A stretch of DNA of 64,000 nt from Minisyncoccota bacterium (GCA_035353995.1 DAOQAL010000001.1:209464-273463), one strand, 5' to 3'. Numbered from the stretch's first letter, positions 19,460 to 29,869 are shown. A program made the numbers and translations. Notes: a model not told the origin generated them from the sequence alone.

Positions 19460-22441
19460 ATGCAAGGATCTGAAAAATTTGAAGAAGAATATAAAAGACT
19501 AAATAAACAACAAAAAGAAGCTGTTGGTTCGATTGATGGTCCGGTTATGGTAGTCGCTGGTCCTGGTACTGGTAAGACTCAAATATTAGCATTGAGGATA
19601 GGAAATATTTTAAATAAAACAGATACACCACCAGATGGAATATTGTGTTTAACTTTTACCAATTCGGCAGTTTCAGCGATGAAAAAAAGGCTAAATGATT
19701 ATATAGGATCTACCGGTTCAAAAGTAAATGTTTTTACATTCCATTCATTTGGAATGAAAATTATAGAAGAATTTTTCTCAATTCTTGAATTTGATTCAGC
19801 GCCAATTTTAATGGATGATATTGACTCTATTTCTCTTTGCGATGAGATTTTAAATAATAATGATTGGGATTATTTAAAACCGAGATCTGACGCATTTAGG
19901 TATTTTCGTGATTTAAAATCTTTAATTTCTATTCTTAAACGTGATAGAACATCACCAGAAAATTTTTTAGATGAAATAAAAAAAGATATTAAAAGATTAA
20001 AAGAAGATGATAAAAGTATATCTACAAGAGGAGAGAGCAAGGGACAATTAAAAAAAGAGGTTTTGAAAAAGATAGAAAGTTTGGAAAAAACAAAAGAAGT
20101 TGTTCATTTTTATGAATTATATGAAAAAGTTAAGAAGGAAAAAAATATTATTGATTACGATGACGTGCTAGAGTTTTTAGTTAAAATAGTAGAAGAGTCT
20201 GATGAAGTTAGAGATATAATTCGTGAAAGGTATTTATATGTTTTGGTTGATGAACATCAAGATTCAAGTAAAGTTCAAAATGAATTTTTACAAAAAGTTT
20301 GGGCAGATGTTGAAAAACCAAATATTTTTGTTGTAGGTGATGACCGACAGCTTATTTATGGTTTTAGTGGTGCATCACTTTCTTACTTTGAAGAATTTAA
20401 AGATGTTTTTGGTAAAGCAAAACTTATTACATTAGTAGACAACTATCGTTCTACACAAATTATTTTAGATTCGTCTCATTTATTATTGCAGAGTAAAATT
20501 TCAAATGAAAAACTTATAAGCCACAGAAAAGAATCTCATCCGATTAGACTTATAGAATGTGATTATTCTCGTGATGAAATAATAGCTTGTGCTCTTGATA
20601 TAAAGGAAAAAATAAAAGAAGGAGTTGATGTAAATGATTGTGCAATTTTAGTACCTAAAAATACTCAAGCAAGAAGTGCAGTATTGGTTCTTCGCGATAT
20701 GGGTCTTCCGGTGGCGTCAGGGGAAATGCTAAGACTTTTTGATCAAATAGAGACACAATCTTTATTAACAGTTTTGAAAATAATATTAAATCCATATGAC
20801 AATGTATCCTTAACTCAATCTTTATTTGATAAACTTTCTGGAATAGAGCCACTTTCTGCCCATAAATTTATTTTTGAGAATGATATTAATAAATTTTCTC
20901 TCGTTGATTTTTTGAAAGAAAAAAAGCAGAGTCTTTTTGAAGATAACGATAAAGTAAAAATATGGTTTTTAAAACTTGGGGAATGGATAAAAAAATCTCA
21001 AGAGCTTAATGTTTATTCATTGATTCAATTAGTTGGAGATGAGTTTTTATTAGACGATGTAAGAGAGCATGAGGATCTTGTCTTTAGAGTTGAAATCATT
21101 CGTACGTTTTTGCATCTTGCTCTTTTGCGAGTAGAAAAAAACCCAAAACTTACATTAAAAGATTTTATTGATTTTATTGAACGACTTGAATCGTATGATG
21201 AAAATATTTCATTGGCGGTTTTTGGCGGACAAGAAGGTGTAAAAGTTTTGACTCTTCATTCTTCCAAGGGGCTTGAATTTGATTATGTTTGGATTGCACA
21301 TATGGATGAAAGATCTCTAGGAGGTGGAAAACATTATGGTTTTACATTACCAGATTCTATTGAAGAAAAAAAAGAAAAAAAGGATGAGGAAGTTCTCAAG
21401 CGTCAACTTTATGTAGCTATTACTCGTGCAAAACGTTTTTGTACTCTTTCTTATTCTTTACATTCTTATAATGGCGCAGAACAAGAACTAGCTCACATTG
21501 TTTCAGATTTACCAGAAAATATTTTTAACAAACAAGATTCGTCTGCTACAGAAAGTTTTATTATGAAAAATAATACTAAAGCATACGTTGAACAAAAATC
21601 TATTTCAAAAGAACATATAAAAATAAAAGAATTAACAAAACTCGTTGCAAAAGAATATGAAGATAAAAAAATTTCAGTATCACTTTTAAATAATTTTTTT
21701 GAATGCCCATGGAAATGGTATTTCAGGAATTTGCTTAGGTTGCCAGAGCCAAAAAGTGAAAGCTTAGAATTTGGGAATACTGTGCATTCTTCTATTGATA
21801 AAATTTTAAAGTTAAAAGAAAAATTTTCACAAAAAGATGTTGAAAGTATAGTTAAAGAAGAAGTGGAAAAAAGAAAATTTGGGGATGAAAAAAAGCAAGA
21901 GAAAATCTATAAAGAAATTTTAAATATAATTTCAAAATGGGTTTTTGATCGTTTACCAAACATAGGAAAGGATTATGAAAACGAGAAGGGGATTTCAGTA
22001 AGAGATGAAAAATTCCCACATTTGAATATTTTTGGAAAACTTGATTTAGTTGAGAAATTAGATTCTAAAAATGTTCGTGTAACTGATTTTAAAACTGGTA
22101 GCGTTAGAAAAAAGAATGATATTGAGAAACTAGATGATGAAAATAGGATGAGTGGATATTTACGCCAGCTTGCTATGTACTCTTATCTTATAAAAGAAAG
22201 CTCTAGAGGAAAGATAAATGTTGGTGAATCAAGATTGGAATTTTTGGAAGCAAAAAATAAAGAAGAAAAATTTTATGAAAGAGTTATAACAAATGAAGAA
22301 ATAAAAATGCTTATTTCAGATATTTCTGATTATGATAAGTTAGTGAAAAATGGTGAATGGGTATTAAGGCCTTGCAACTATAATTCTTACGGAAAAAATA
22401 CCGAATGTGAATATTGCAAAATGGCAGAAATTTATAAATAA
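19460..22441 (+). CDS. UvrD/PcrA-like SF1 helicase fused to a PD-(D/E)XK nuclease
   Basis: AGPGTGKT, VDEHQD, VGDDRQLIY, HSSKGLEF, YVAITRA; C-terminal GKLD..DFKTG..QLAMY with CP...C..CxxC cysteines. Confidence 0.9.
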   Translation: MQGSEKFEEEYKRLNKQQKEAVGSIDGPVMVVAGPGTGKTQILALRIGNILNKTDTPPDGILCLTFTNSAVSAMKKRLNDYIGSTGSKVNVFTFHSFGMKIIEEFFSILEFDSAPILMDDIDSISLCDEILNNNDWDYLKPRSDAFRYFRDLKSLISILKRDRTSPENFLDEIKKDIKRLKEDDKSISTRGESKGQLKKEVLKKIESLEKTKEVVHFYELYEKVKKEKNIIDYDDVLEFLVKIVEESDEVRDIIRERYLYVLVDEHQDSSKVQNEFLQKVWADVEKPNIFVVGDDRQLIYGFSGASLSYFEEFKDVFGKAKLITLVDNYRSTQIILDSSHLLLQSKISNEKLISHRKESHPIRLIECDYSRDEIIACALDIKEKIKEGVDVNDCAILVPKNTQARSAVLVLRDMGLPVASGEMLRLFDQIETQSLLTVLKIILNPYDNVSLTQSLFDKLSGIEPLSAHKFIFENDINKFSLVDFLKEKKQSLFEDNDKVKIWFLKLGEWIKKSQELNVYSLIQLVGDEFLLDDVREHEDLVFRVEIIRTFLHLALLRVEKNPKLTLKDFIDFIERLESYDENISLAVFGGQEGVKVLTLHSSKGLEFDYVWIAHMDERSLGGGKHYGFTLPDSIEEKKEKKDEEVLKRQLYVAITRAKRFCTLSYSLHSYNGAEQELAHIVSDLPENIFNKQDSSATESFIMKNNTKAYVEQKSISKEHIKIKELTKLVAKEYEDKKISVSLLNNFFECPWKWYFRNLLRLPEPKSESLEFGNTVHSSIDKILKLKEKFSQKDVESIVKEEVEKRKFGDEKKQEKIYKEILNIISKWVFDRLPNIGKDYENEKGISVRDEKFPHLNIFGKLDLVEKLDSKNVRVTDFKTGSVRKKNDIEKLDDENRMSGYLRQLAMYSYLIKESSRGKINVGESRLEFLEAKNKEEKFYERVITNEEIKMLISDISDYDKLVKNGEWVLRPCNYNSYGKNTECEYCKMAEIYK

Positions 22442-22554
22442 AAAAAGGGGGCCGTTGAGACCCCCCGTGCAATAATTTGTCCTAGTAATGATTTTTGTGC
22501 TAAATTCTCTATCTGTATTGAGTGGATATGCTTAAATTATACATAATAATCTAG

Positions 22555-22665
22555 TTATATCAATGATGAAAACAGTCTTGGGCCATTATCAAGCCAGCCT
22601 AAGTAAATTCCCAATAGAATAAAAAGCACTATAAAAATTACCAAAATTAATATCTTTTTCTTCAT
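22555..22665 (-). CDS. Small 36-aa single-TM protein (not in the ORF track)
   Basis: MKKKILILVIFIVLFILLGIYLGWLDNGPRLFSSLI*, with TGATATAAT 6 nt upstream of ATG. Confidence 0.55.
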   Translation of the reverse strand: MKKKILILVIFIVLFILLGIYLGWLDNGPRLFSSLI

Positions 22666-22740
22666 GGTTTTATTATATCAGATATTGAGAGGAAGCTATT
22701 TGTATGTTATATTTTAACTATTATTAATTATATAAAAAAT

Positions 22741-22977
22741 ATGACTGATATAATTATTCACAACATTAAAATTTCTTATGACGAGTCTCATGAAAGAGTA
22801 AGAGATTTTGTTAAATATTTAAAAGATGAAAAAAGGAAAGAAGAGTTAAAAGGTTTTTATGAAGAAATAAGACATAGTAAAGATAATAAAATTCATATTA
22901 ATGATATTCATAATAATGAATTTACATTAGAACGTGTTGGTGAACATATGTGTACATTAAATTTAAGAGGAATGTAA
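22741..22977 (+). CDS. Hypothetical His-rich small protein
   Basis: 78-aa ORF ending 2 nt before pheS. Confidence 0.65.
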   Translation: MTDIIIHNIKISYDESHERVRDFVKYLKDEKRKEELKGFYEEIRHSKDNKIHINDIHNNEFTLERVGEHMCTLNLRGM

Positions 22978-22979
22978 TA

Positions 22980-23690
22980 ATGGATAAAGAAATAAAAAAA
23001 GGAAAAGAACATCCACTTTCAATTGTTATTAATAATGCAGTCAGAATTTTTACTGACCTTGGTTTTGAAGTTGCAGTTGGTCCTGAAATGGAAGATGTTT
23101 GGCATAATTTTGATGCATTAAATATTCCCAAAGACCATCCAGCAAGAGATATGCAGGATACTTTTTATATAAAAGGACAAGAAGACAAAGTTTTAAGAAC
23201 ACATACTTCTTCTGTTCAAATTCGTTTTATGGAGGAATTAATAAAATCAGGCAAGAAACCACCATTTGCAATTATTGCTCCAGGAAAAGTTTTTCGTAAT
23301 GAAGCAACAGATGCAACTCATGAAATGCAGTTCTATCAAATAGAAGGATTAGTTATAGGAGAAGATATAAATATGTCCAACTTAAAGGGTGTATTGTCTC
23401 ATTTTTATAAAAAAATGTTAGGTGAAGATACTAATTTACGTTTTCGTCCTAGTTTTTTCCCTTTTACTGAACCATCAATAGAATTTGATTTAAAATATAA
23501 AGGAAAATGGATTGAAATGGGAGGAGCGGGCATGGTTCACCCTATTGTGCTAAAAAATTGTGGAGTTGATCCTCTCAAATATCAAGGTTTTGCATTTGGC
23601 CCGGGTCTTGAAAGATTAATGGTTATAAAATATTTAATGTCAGATATACGTCCAGCTTATCATGGAGATTTAAGATTTAATCAAATTTAA
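22980..23690 (+). CDS. pheS: Phenylalanyl-tRNA synthetase alpha subunit (short form)
   Basis: HPARDMQDTF, LRTHTS, FPFTEPS, GFAFGPGLERL. No N-terminal coiled coil. Confidence 0.95.
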   Translation: MDKEIKKGKEHPLSIVINNAVRIFTDLGFEVAVGPEMEDVWHNFDALNIPKDHPARDMQDTFYIKGQEDKVLRTHTSSVQIRFMEELIKSGKKPPFAIIAPGKVFRNEATDATHEMQFYQIEGLVIGEDINMSNLKGVLSHFYKKMLGEDTNLRFRPSFFPFTEPSIEFDLKYKGKWIEMGGAGMVHPIVLKNCGVDPLKYQGFAFGPGLERLMVIKYLMSDIRPAYHGDLRFNQI

Positions 23691-23691
23691 A

Positions 23692-25515
23692 ATGAAAGTT
23701 AGTTACAATTGGTTACAAAATTATTTTAAAGAAAAGTTACCAGAACCAGAAAAAATTTCTGAAGGTATTGTTTTTCATTCTTTTGAAGTCGAAGAAGTAG
23801 AAAAAATAGGGAATGATACAATTTTTGATATTAAAATTTTACCAGACAGAGCACATGATTGTCTTTCTCATTGGGGAATTGCGAAAGAAATTTCTGCAAT
23901 TTTTGATATTAAAATTAAAGATAAAGTTTATAAAATTTTTTCTTCTCAAGAAACGAAATTGGATATAAAAATTGAAAATGAAAAATGTTTGCGTTATATG
24001 GGTAGAATTTTTAAGAATATAAAAATTGCAGAAAGCCCAGATTGGTTAAAAGAATGTTTAAATACAATAGGACAAAAATCAATAAATAACGTAGTAGATT
24101 CTGCTAATTTTGTAATGTTTGATTTAGGTCAACCAATACATTGTTTTGATTTAGATAAATTGGCAAGTGAAAAGATTATTGTAAGAAATGGAAAAATTGG
24201 TGAAAAGATTACTACTTTGGATAAAAAAAATATTGAGTTAGATGAATCTATTTTAGTTATTGCTGATGAAAATAATCCACTTGCTATTGCTGGTATAAAA
24301 GGAGGAGTAAAAGCTGAAGTAGATGAAAATACAAAAAATATAGTTATAGAGGTTGCAAATTTTAATCCTACAACAACAAGAAAAACTGCTAAAAAAATAA
24401 ATATACTAACTGATGCAGTAAAAAGGTATGAGAATGAAATTTCTCCAGAACTTTGCGAGAAAGTAATGAATGCAATTTCTGATCTTATTTATAGTTTGGC
24501 AGGAGGGGAAGCTGAAAATATTGTTGATATTTATCCTAATAAAAAAGAACAAAAAAATATTTCTTTATCAGTTGATTATGTAAATAAAAGATTAGGTTCT
24601 AATTTTTCAAAATATGAAATTGAAAGTGTTTGGAAAAAATTGAACTTTTTATACACAGAAAAAGATAATATTTTTCAGGTTGAAATCCCATTTTTAAGAT
24701 TAGACTTAAATGGTAAACATGATTTAACGGAAGAAGTTATTAGAATTTTAGGTTATGAAAAACTTTCTGAAGTATTGCCTAAATTAAATATGTCTTCAAA
24801 TGAATCTTCTTTTTCAAATAATATTTTTTCAAAAATGTTTTTAGCAAGGAGAAAGTTGCTTGATGATGGATATTCTGAAGTTATGACTTACACATTCAGA
24901 GACAATGGGGAAGTCGAGGTATTAGCTTCTGCTTCTGATAAAAAATTCTTAAGAACCAATCTAGCTGATGGTTTGAAAGAAAGTCTAAAATTAAATCAAT
25001 TGAATGCACCATTTCTTGGAATGAAAGAAATTAAAATTTTTGAAATTGGAACAGTATTTTTGAAAGACAAAGAAGAAATGCATGTTGCATATAATGAAAA
25101 AGAAAATATTAAAGAAATTTCTTTAGATGAATTTTGTAAATCAATTTCAGATATTGATTCAACTAATATCTTTAATGAAAAAGAAAATAATGATACTTTA
25201 AATTTTTCATCAGTATCAGTTTTTAAGCAATGGTCAATTTATCCATTTATTTGTCGTGATATAGCAATATGGGTTATGGATAAAGAAGATGAGAAAAAAA
25301 TAAAAAATTTAATTATAGAAAATGGTACTGATCTTTTGATCAAAGAACCTTATATTTTTGATTCTTTTAGTAATCCTAAAACTAATAAAACTTCCTTTGG
25401 TTTCAGGCTTATTTTTCAATCTTACGATAGGACATTGACTGATGAAGAAGTTAACAAAATAATGCTACAAATAACCAATAAGATAAGCGAAAATAAAGAG
25501 TGGCAAGTCCGTTAG
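23692..25515 (+). CDS. pheT: Phenylalanyl-tRNA synthetase beta subunit (short form)
   Basis: MKVSYNWL, PDRAHDCLS, GQPIHCFD, DLTEEVIRILGY, C-terminal FDX-ACB (RTLTDEEV). Confidence 0.93.
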   Translation: MKVSYNWLQNYFKEKLPEPEKISEGIVFHSFEVEEVEKIGNDTIFDIKILPDRAHDCLSHWGIAKEISAIFDIKIKDKVYKIFSSQETKLDIKIENEKCLRYMGRIFKNIKIAESPDWLKECLNTIGQKSINNVVDSANFVMFDLGQPIHCFDLDKLASEKIIVRNGKIGEKITTLDKKNIELDESILVIADENNPLAIAGIKGGVKAEVDENTKNIVIEVANFNPTTTRKTAKKINILTDAVKRYENEISPELCEKVMNAISDLIYSLAGGEAENIVDIYPNKKEQKNISLSVDYVNKRLGSNFSKYEIESVWKKLNFLYTEKDNIFQVEIPFLRLDLNGKHDLTEEVIRILGYEKLSEVLPKLNMSSNESSFSNNIFSKMFLARRKLLDDGYSEVMTYTFRDNGEVEVLASASDKKFLRTNLADGLKESLKLNQLNAPFLGMKEIKIFEIGTVFLKDKEEMHVAYNEKENIKEISLDEFCKSISDIDSTNIFNEKENNDTLNFSSVSVFKQWSIYPFICRDIAIWVMDKEDEKKIKNLIIENGTDLLIKEPYIFDSFSNPKTNKTSFGFRLIFQSYDRTLTDEEVNKIMLQITNKISENKEWQVR

Positions 25516-25569
25516 GAACTATATTGAAATTTGCTTTTTTAATATTAAATGTATAATATAAAATAATAT

Positions 25570-26931
25570 ATGTGGAAGAAGAGAGTAATGGCATTAATAA
25601 TTCTTATTTTGGGCGTAGCCGTCGCTTTTTTTGTTTTTAAGTCTGAACCTAAATTTAATAAAAATTATGAACAAGCACCTTCTTTTCTAAAAAGTTTTCC
25701 TTTTAGATTAGGTCTTGATCTTTCCGGTGGTAGCCATTTGATTTATAAAGCTGATGTGTCGCAAGTTCCTGCAGGACAAGTTTCTGATTCAATGAATTCT
25801 CTACGAGATGTGATTGAACGTAGAATAAATTTATTTGGAGTTTCTGAACCTGTTGTACAAGTGCAAGAGGGAAGTTTTGTTTCAGGTGGAGATGAAAAAC
25901 TTATTGTTGATCTTCCTGGTGTTACTGATGTTGAAAAAGCTACTGCAATGATAGGACAAACTCCTCTTTTGGAATTTAAAATTGAAGCTCCAGAAGATGC
26001 ACCAAGAGAACTTATAGTTAATGAAAAGGGTGAAGCTACTATTGATATGTCGAAACAGTATGTTTCCACAGAATTAACCGGTAGATATTTGAAAAAGGCA
26101 GTTTTAGAATTTGATCAAACAACTGGAGAGCCAATAGTTGGTTTACAATTTGATGATACAGGTTCAAAATTATTTGCTGAAATAACAAAAAATAATGTAG
26201 GAAAAGTTGTAGCAATATATTTGGATGGTTCTCCAATTTCAACTCCCGTAGTTAGAGAAGAAATTACTGGTGGACAAGCTCAAATTTCTGGTACATTCAC
26301 AGCAACTGAAGCAAAACAATTAGTTGGTAGATTAAATTCAGGAGCATTACCTGTACCAATAACATTACTTTCGAAACAAACAATAGGTGCAACATTAGGC
26401 GATAACGCATTATATGCAGGTATGAAAGCTGCTATCATAGGATTTTTATTTGTTGCATTATTCTTAATACTTTGGTACCGCTTACCAGGTCTTGTTGCAG
26501 TTATTTCTCTTTGTGTTTATATCGTAATTATTCTTAGTTTATTTAAACTATTACCTGTTACTTTGACTGCAGCAGGTATAGCTGGTTTTATTATTTCAAT
26601 AGGTATAGCTGTAGATGCAAATGTGCTTATTTTTGAACGTGTAAAAGAAGAATTACGTTCTGGACGAACAATTGCAGATTCTATTTCCGCAGGATTCTCT
26701 AGAGCTTGGTTTTCAATACGTGACTCTAATATTTCAAGTATTATTACAGCAATCATTTTATTCTGGTTTGGAACATCTTTGATAAAAGGATTTGCATTAA
26801 CTCTTGGTATGGGTGTTTTGGTTTCAATGCTTTCAGCTATTACAATTTCAAGAATTTTCCTTTATGGTGTTAGCTTTATAGGAGAAGGCAAGGTCGCAAG
26901 ATTTTTATTTAGTTCTGGAATTTCAAAATAA
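25570..26931 (+). CDS. secD: Protein translocase SecD
   Basis: LGLDLSGG, GALPVP, AVDANVLIFERVKEE. Confidence 0.96.
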   Translation: MWKKRVMALIILILGVAVAFFVFKSEPKFNKNYEQAPSFLKSFPFRLGLDLSGGSHLIYKADVSQVPAGQVSDSMNSLRDVIERRINLFGVSEPVVQVQEGSFVSGGDEKLIVDLPGVTDVEKATAMIGQTPLLEFKIEAPEDAPRELIVNEKGEATIDMSKQYVSTELTGRYLKKAVLEFDQTTGEPIVGLQFDDTGSKLFAEITKNNVGKVVAIYLDGSPISTPVVREEITGGQAQISGTFTATEAKQLVGRLNSGALPVPITLLSKQTIGATLGDNALYAGMKAAIIGFLFVALFLILWYRLPGLVAVISLCVYIVIILSLFKLLPVTLTAAGIAGFIISIGIAVDANVLIFERVKEELRSGRTIADSISAGFSRAWFSIRDSNISSIITAIILFWFGTSLIKGFALTLGMGVLVSMLSAITISRIFLYGVSFIGEGKVARFLFSSGISK

Positions 26932-26932
26932 T

Positions 26933-27844
26933 ATGTTCGTAATAAGAAACAAAAAAATATTTATCATTATATCAATAGTATTGGTTGCTCTTTCTATATT
27001 TTCAATTTGTTTTTTTGGATTAAATGCTGGTATAGATTTTAAAGGAGGAGCATTAACAGAAGTTACATATAAAGATGCAAGACCTACACAAGAAGAATTA
27101 AATCCTATTCTAGAGTCTTTAGGTTTTGGTTCAATGTTACTTCAGCCAGCAGGAGATAGTGACTATATAGTAAAATCAAGAGAGCTTAACGATATAGAAC
27201 ATAAACAACTTTTGAATGCTCTTTCCCAAGATGGCAAAAATTTACTTGAAGAAAAGAATTTTAGTTCTATAGGACCTTCTGTTGGTAAAGAATTAACAAG
27301 AAAAGCTATAGTTGCGATCATCCTTGTCTCTCTTGGAATTATAATCTTTATCGCTTTTGCATTTAGAAAAGTATCAAAACCTGTTTCTTCTTGGAAGTAT
27401 GGTTTTATTGCTATAGTTTCACTTTTGCATGACGTTATTATTCCAGTTGGAATATTTGCCTTACTTTCTCATTTCTTGGGAATTGAAATGGATACACTGT
27501 TCGTAGTTGCAGTATTGACTATTTTGGGACTTTCCGTTTCTGACACAATTGTTATTTTTGATAGAATAAGAGAAAATATAAGAGGTCAAGCTATGATAAA
27601 TAAAATTAATTTTCCAGAAACAGTTGGTAAAAGTTTACAACAATCTTTTGTGCGTTCTATCTGCACATCTCTTACTGTTATTTTAGTTTTGTTAGCATTG
27701 TTCTTCTTTGGTCCATATTCTACTAAATACTTTGCTCTAGTCTTAGCATTTGGAATGTTCTTTGGAACATACTCTTCAATCTTTTTGGCTTCACCACTTT
27801 TGGTAGTAGTCGAAGGGTGGCAAAAAAAGAAGTCTAAAAAATAA
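26933..27844 (+). CDS. secF: Protein translocase SecF
   Basis: GIDFKGG, LLHD, DTIVIFDRIRE, GTYSSIFLA. Confidence 0.96.
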   Translation: MFVIRNKKIFIIISIVLVALSIFSICFFGLNAGIDFKGGALTEVTYKDARPTQEELNPILESLGFGSMLLQPAGDSDYIVKSRELNDIEHKQLLNALSQDGKNLLEEKNFSSIGPSVGKELTRKAIVAIILVSLGIIIFIAFAFRKVSKPVSSWKYGFIAIVSLLHDVIIPVGIFALLSHFLGIEMDTLFVVAVLTILGLSVSDTIVIFDRIRENIRGQAMINKINFPETVGKSLQQSFVRSICTSLTVILVLLALFFFGPYSTKYFALVLAFGMFFGTYSSIFLASPLLVVVEGWQKKKSKK

Positions 27845-27891
27845 TTATTAGTAATTTTTTAATGACTCTATAGTCATTGAATATAAATTTT

Positions 27892-28452
27892 ATGACATAT
27901 ATATGGATATTAGCGTGCATTGTAGTTGTTTTAATTTTATGGATTGCTGTATCTTTTAATTCTTTTGTATCTCTAAAAAATAGATCAAAAGAAGCTTGGG
28001 CTGATATTGAAGTTCAATTAAAAAGACGATACGATTTGATTCCTAATTTAGTAAATACTGTTAAAGGTTACGCTACTCATGAATCTACAGCTTTTGAAAA
28101 CGTAACTAAAGCAAGAACAACAGCAATGAGTGCAACTGGCCCAGGAGAAGGTCATGCAAAAGCAGAGAATGTTCTTACTGGTGCATTAAAGTCTGTTTTT
28201 GCTATTGCAGAGGCATATCCTGAACTTAAAGCAAATCAAAACTTTTTAGCATTGCAAAGTGAACTATCTGATACTGAAAATAAAATTCAAGCTGCTCGAA
28301 GATTTTATAATACAAATGTTCGTGACTTGAATATAAAGATAGAAAGTTTTCCATCAAATATTATTGCAAATATTTTTAAGTTTTCTAAGATGGAATTCTT
28401 TGATCTACCAGATAATGACGTTGCTCAGAATCCAGTTGAAGTAAAGTTTTAA
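27892..28452 (+). CDS. lemA: LemA family protein
   Basis: QLKRRYDLIPNLV, AEAYPELKA, ARRFYN. ATG 27892 preferred over TTG 27877. Confidence 0.93.
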   Translation: MTYIWILACIVVVLILWIAVSFNSFVSLKNRSKEAWADIEVQLKRRYDLIPNLVNTVKGYATHESTAFENVTKARTTAMSATGPGEGHAKAENVLTGALKSVFAIAEAYPELKANQNFLALQSELSDTENKIQAARRFYNTNVRDLNIKIESFPSNIIANIFKFSKMEFFDLPDNDVAQNPVEVKF

Positions 28453-28458
28453 TTTAAA

Positions 28459-29346
28459 ATGGCTACATTATATACGCAACAATCAAAAAATGTTTCTAAA
28501 ACTTGGCTTTTAATGAGTCTGTTTTTGGTTATTGTTATTGGTATAGGATTTTTCTTTTCACAGTATTATAACAATCCTAATATTTTGTATTTTTTTATTA
28601 TCTTTAGCATATCTATGAATGTTATAAGCTATTGGTATTCAGATAAAATAGCTTTGAAATTAAATCATGCAAAGCCTATAAAAAAAGAAGAAAATCCAGA
28701 TTTATGGAATATTGTTGAAAATCTTTCTATCACAGCAGGATTACCAATGCCAAGATTGTGTATTATTAATGATCCATCGCCAAATGCTTTTGCAACTGGT
28801 AGAAATAAAGAACATGCAGTTGTGGCTGTGACTACTGGTTTATTGCAAATTCTTAATAAGAATGAGCTTGAAGGTGTAATAGCGCATGAACTTTCTCATA
28901 TAGGGAATAGAGATATTTTACTTTCTACTGTAATTGTTGTTTTAGTTGGTTTTGTTTCTATCATTGCAGATATCTTTTTGCGTTCGACATTCTGGGGCGT
29001 AGGGCGTAGTAGGGATGACGATAGAGGGGGAAGTATTATGATGCTAGTTGGAATTGTACTTTCAATTTTGGCTCCAATTTTTGCAACAATTATTCAACTT
29101 TCTATTTCACGTAAAAGAGAATTTTTAGCAGATGCTTCTGGTGCATTGCTTACAAGATATCCAGAAGGTTTGGCAAGTGCTTTGAAAAAGATTTCACAAA
29201 ATTCTCGTCCAATGACTTATGCAAATAATGCTACAGCCCATCTTTTTATCTCTAATCCATTTTCTGGTGCAGGCAAAAAAATCTCAAATCTTTTTAATAC
29301 ACATCCTCCAATAGAAGAAAGAATAAAAGCCTTACTTGGAAACTAA
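28459..29346 (+). CDS. htpX: Zinc metalloprotease HtpX (M48)
   Basis: PNAFATG, HELSH, SRKREFLAD, THPPIEERI. Confidence 0.94.
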   Translation: MATLYTQQSKNVSKTWLLMSLFLVIVIGIGFFFSQYYNNPNILYFFIIFSISMNVISYWYSDKIALKLNHAKPIKKEENPDLWNIVENLSITAGLPMPRLCIINDPSPNAFATGRNKEHAVVAVTTGLLQILNKNELEGVIAHELSHIGNRDILLSTVIVVLVGFVSIIADIFLRSTFWGVGRSRDDDRGGSIMMLVGIVLSILAPIFATIIQLSISRKREFLADASGALLTRYPEGLASALKKISQNSRPMTYANNATAHLFISNPFSGAGKKISNLFNTHPPIEERIKALLGN

Positions 29347-29400
29347 AATACAATCCTCAAAATACAACCCTCAAAATACAACCCTCAAAATACAACCCCA
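29345..29400. repeat. 14-bp tandem repeat, four copies
   Basis: aaaatacaa(t/c)cc(tc/ca) x4. Confidence 0.9.
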
Positions 29401-29403
29401 AAG

Positions 29404-29436
29404 TACACATATCAGCTATAGCGTATATATGTAAAA
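29404..29436. repeat. Dispersed imperfect palindrome, copy 2
   Basis: tacacatatcagctatagcgtatatatgtaaaa. Confidence 0.8.
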
Positions 29437-29451
29437 CCTTACTTTTATGAT

Positions 29452-29489
29452 AATACCCCTGCATAATAACCAAAAGCAGGGGTATTTTT
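29452..29489 (+). terminator. Probable intrinsic terminator
   Basis: aatacccctgc...gcaggggtattttt. Confidence 0.65.
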
Positions 29490-29593
29490 ATGCTAAACTA
29501 AATATAGTAGTAGTGAATATGCGGAAGATATTTTAGAAAAAAAGAAAAAATAATTTCTTTATAAAAACTCCATATTTTGCTATACTTTAAAAC

Positions 29594-29866
29594 ATGCAAA
29601 TAGAAGATGTTGAAAAGCTGGCAGAACTGGCAAAAATTGAACTTTCTAAAGAAGAAAAAGAGAATCTACTTTCAGACATGGAAGGTATTTTGAATTATGT
29701 AAAACAAATACAAGAAGTTAAAGTAGAGGATATTAGGCCTGAATATAATAATCGAAATATTTGGAGGGAGGACAAATTAGAATCTCGTGATTTTTCAAGT
29801 GAATTAATAAATAAACAATTTCCAGATTCAAAAGATGATTTTGTGAAAGTAAAAAAAATACTTTAA
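29594..29866 (+). CDS. gatC: Asp/Glu-tRNA amidotransferase subunit C
   Basis: VEKLAELAKIEL, WRED, FVKVKKIL; directly upstream of gatA. Confidence 0.9.
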   Translation: MQIEDVEKLAELAKIELSKEEKENLLSDMEGILNYVKQIQEVKVEDIRPEYNNRNIWREDKLESRDFSSELINKQFPDSKDDFVKVKKIL

Positions 29867-29869
29867 AAA

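Noticed and set aside
29345-29400. Possible CRISPR array (also considered for 16794-16891)
   Set aside because: The repeats are contiguous with no unique spacers, and no cas genes are present.
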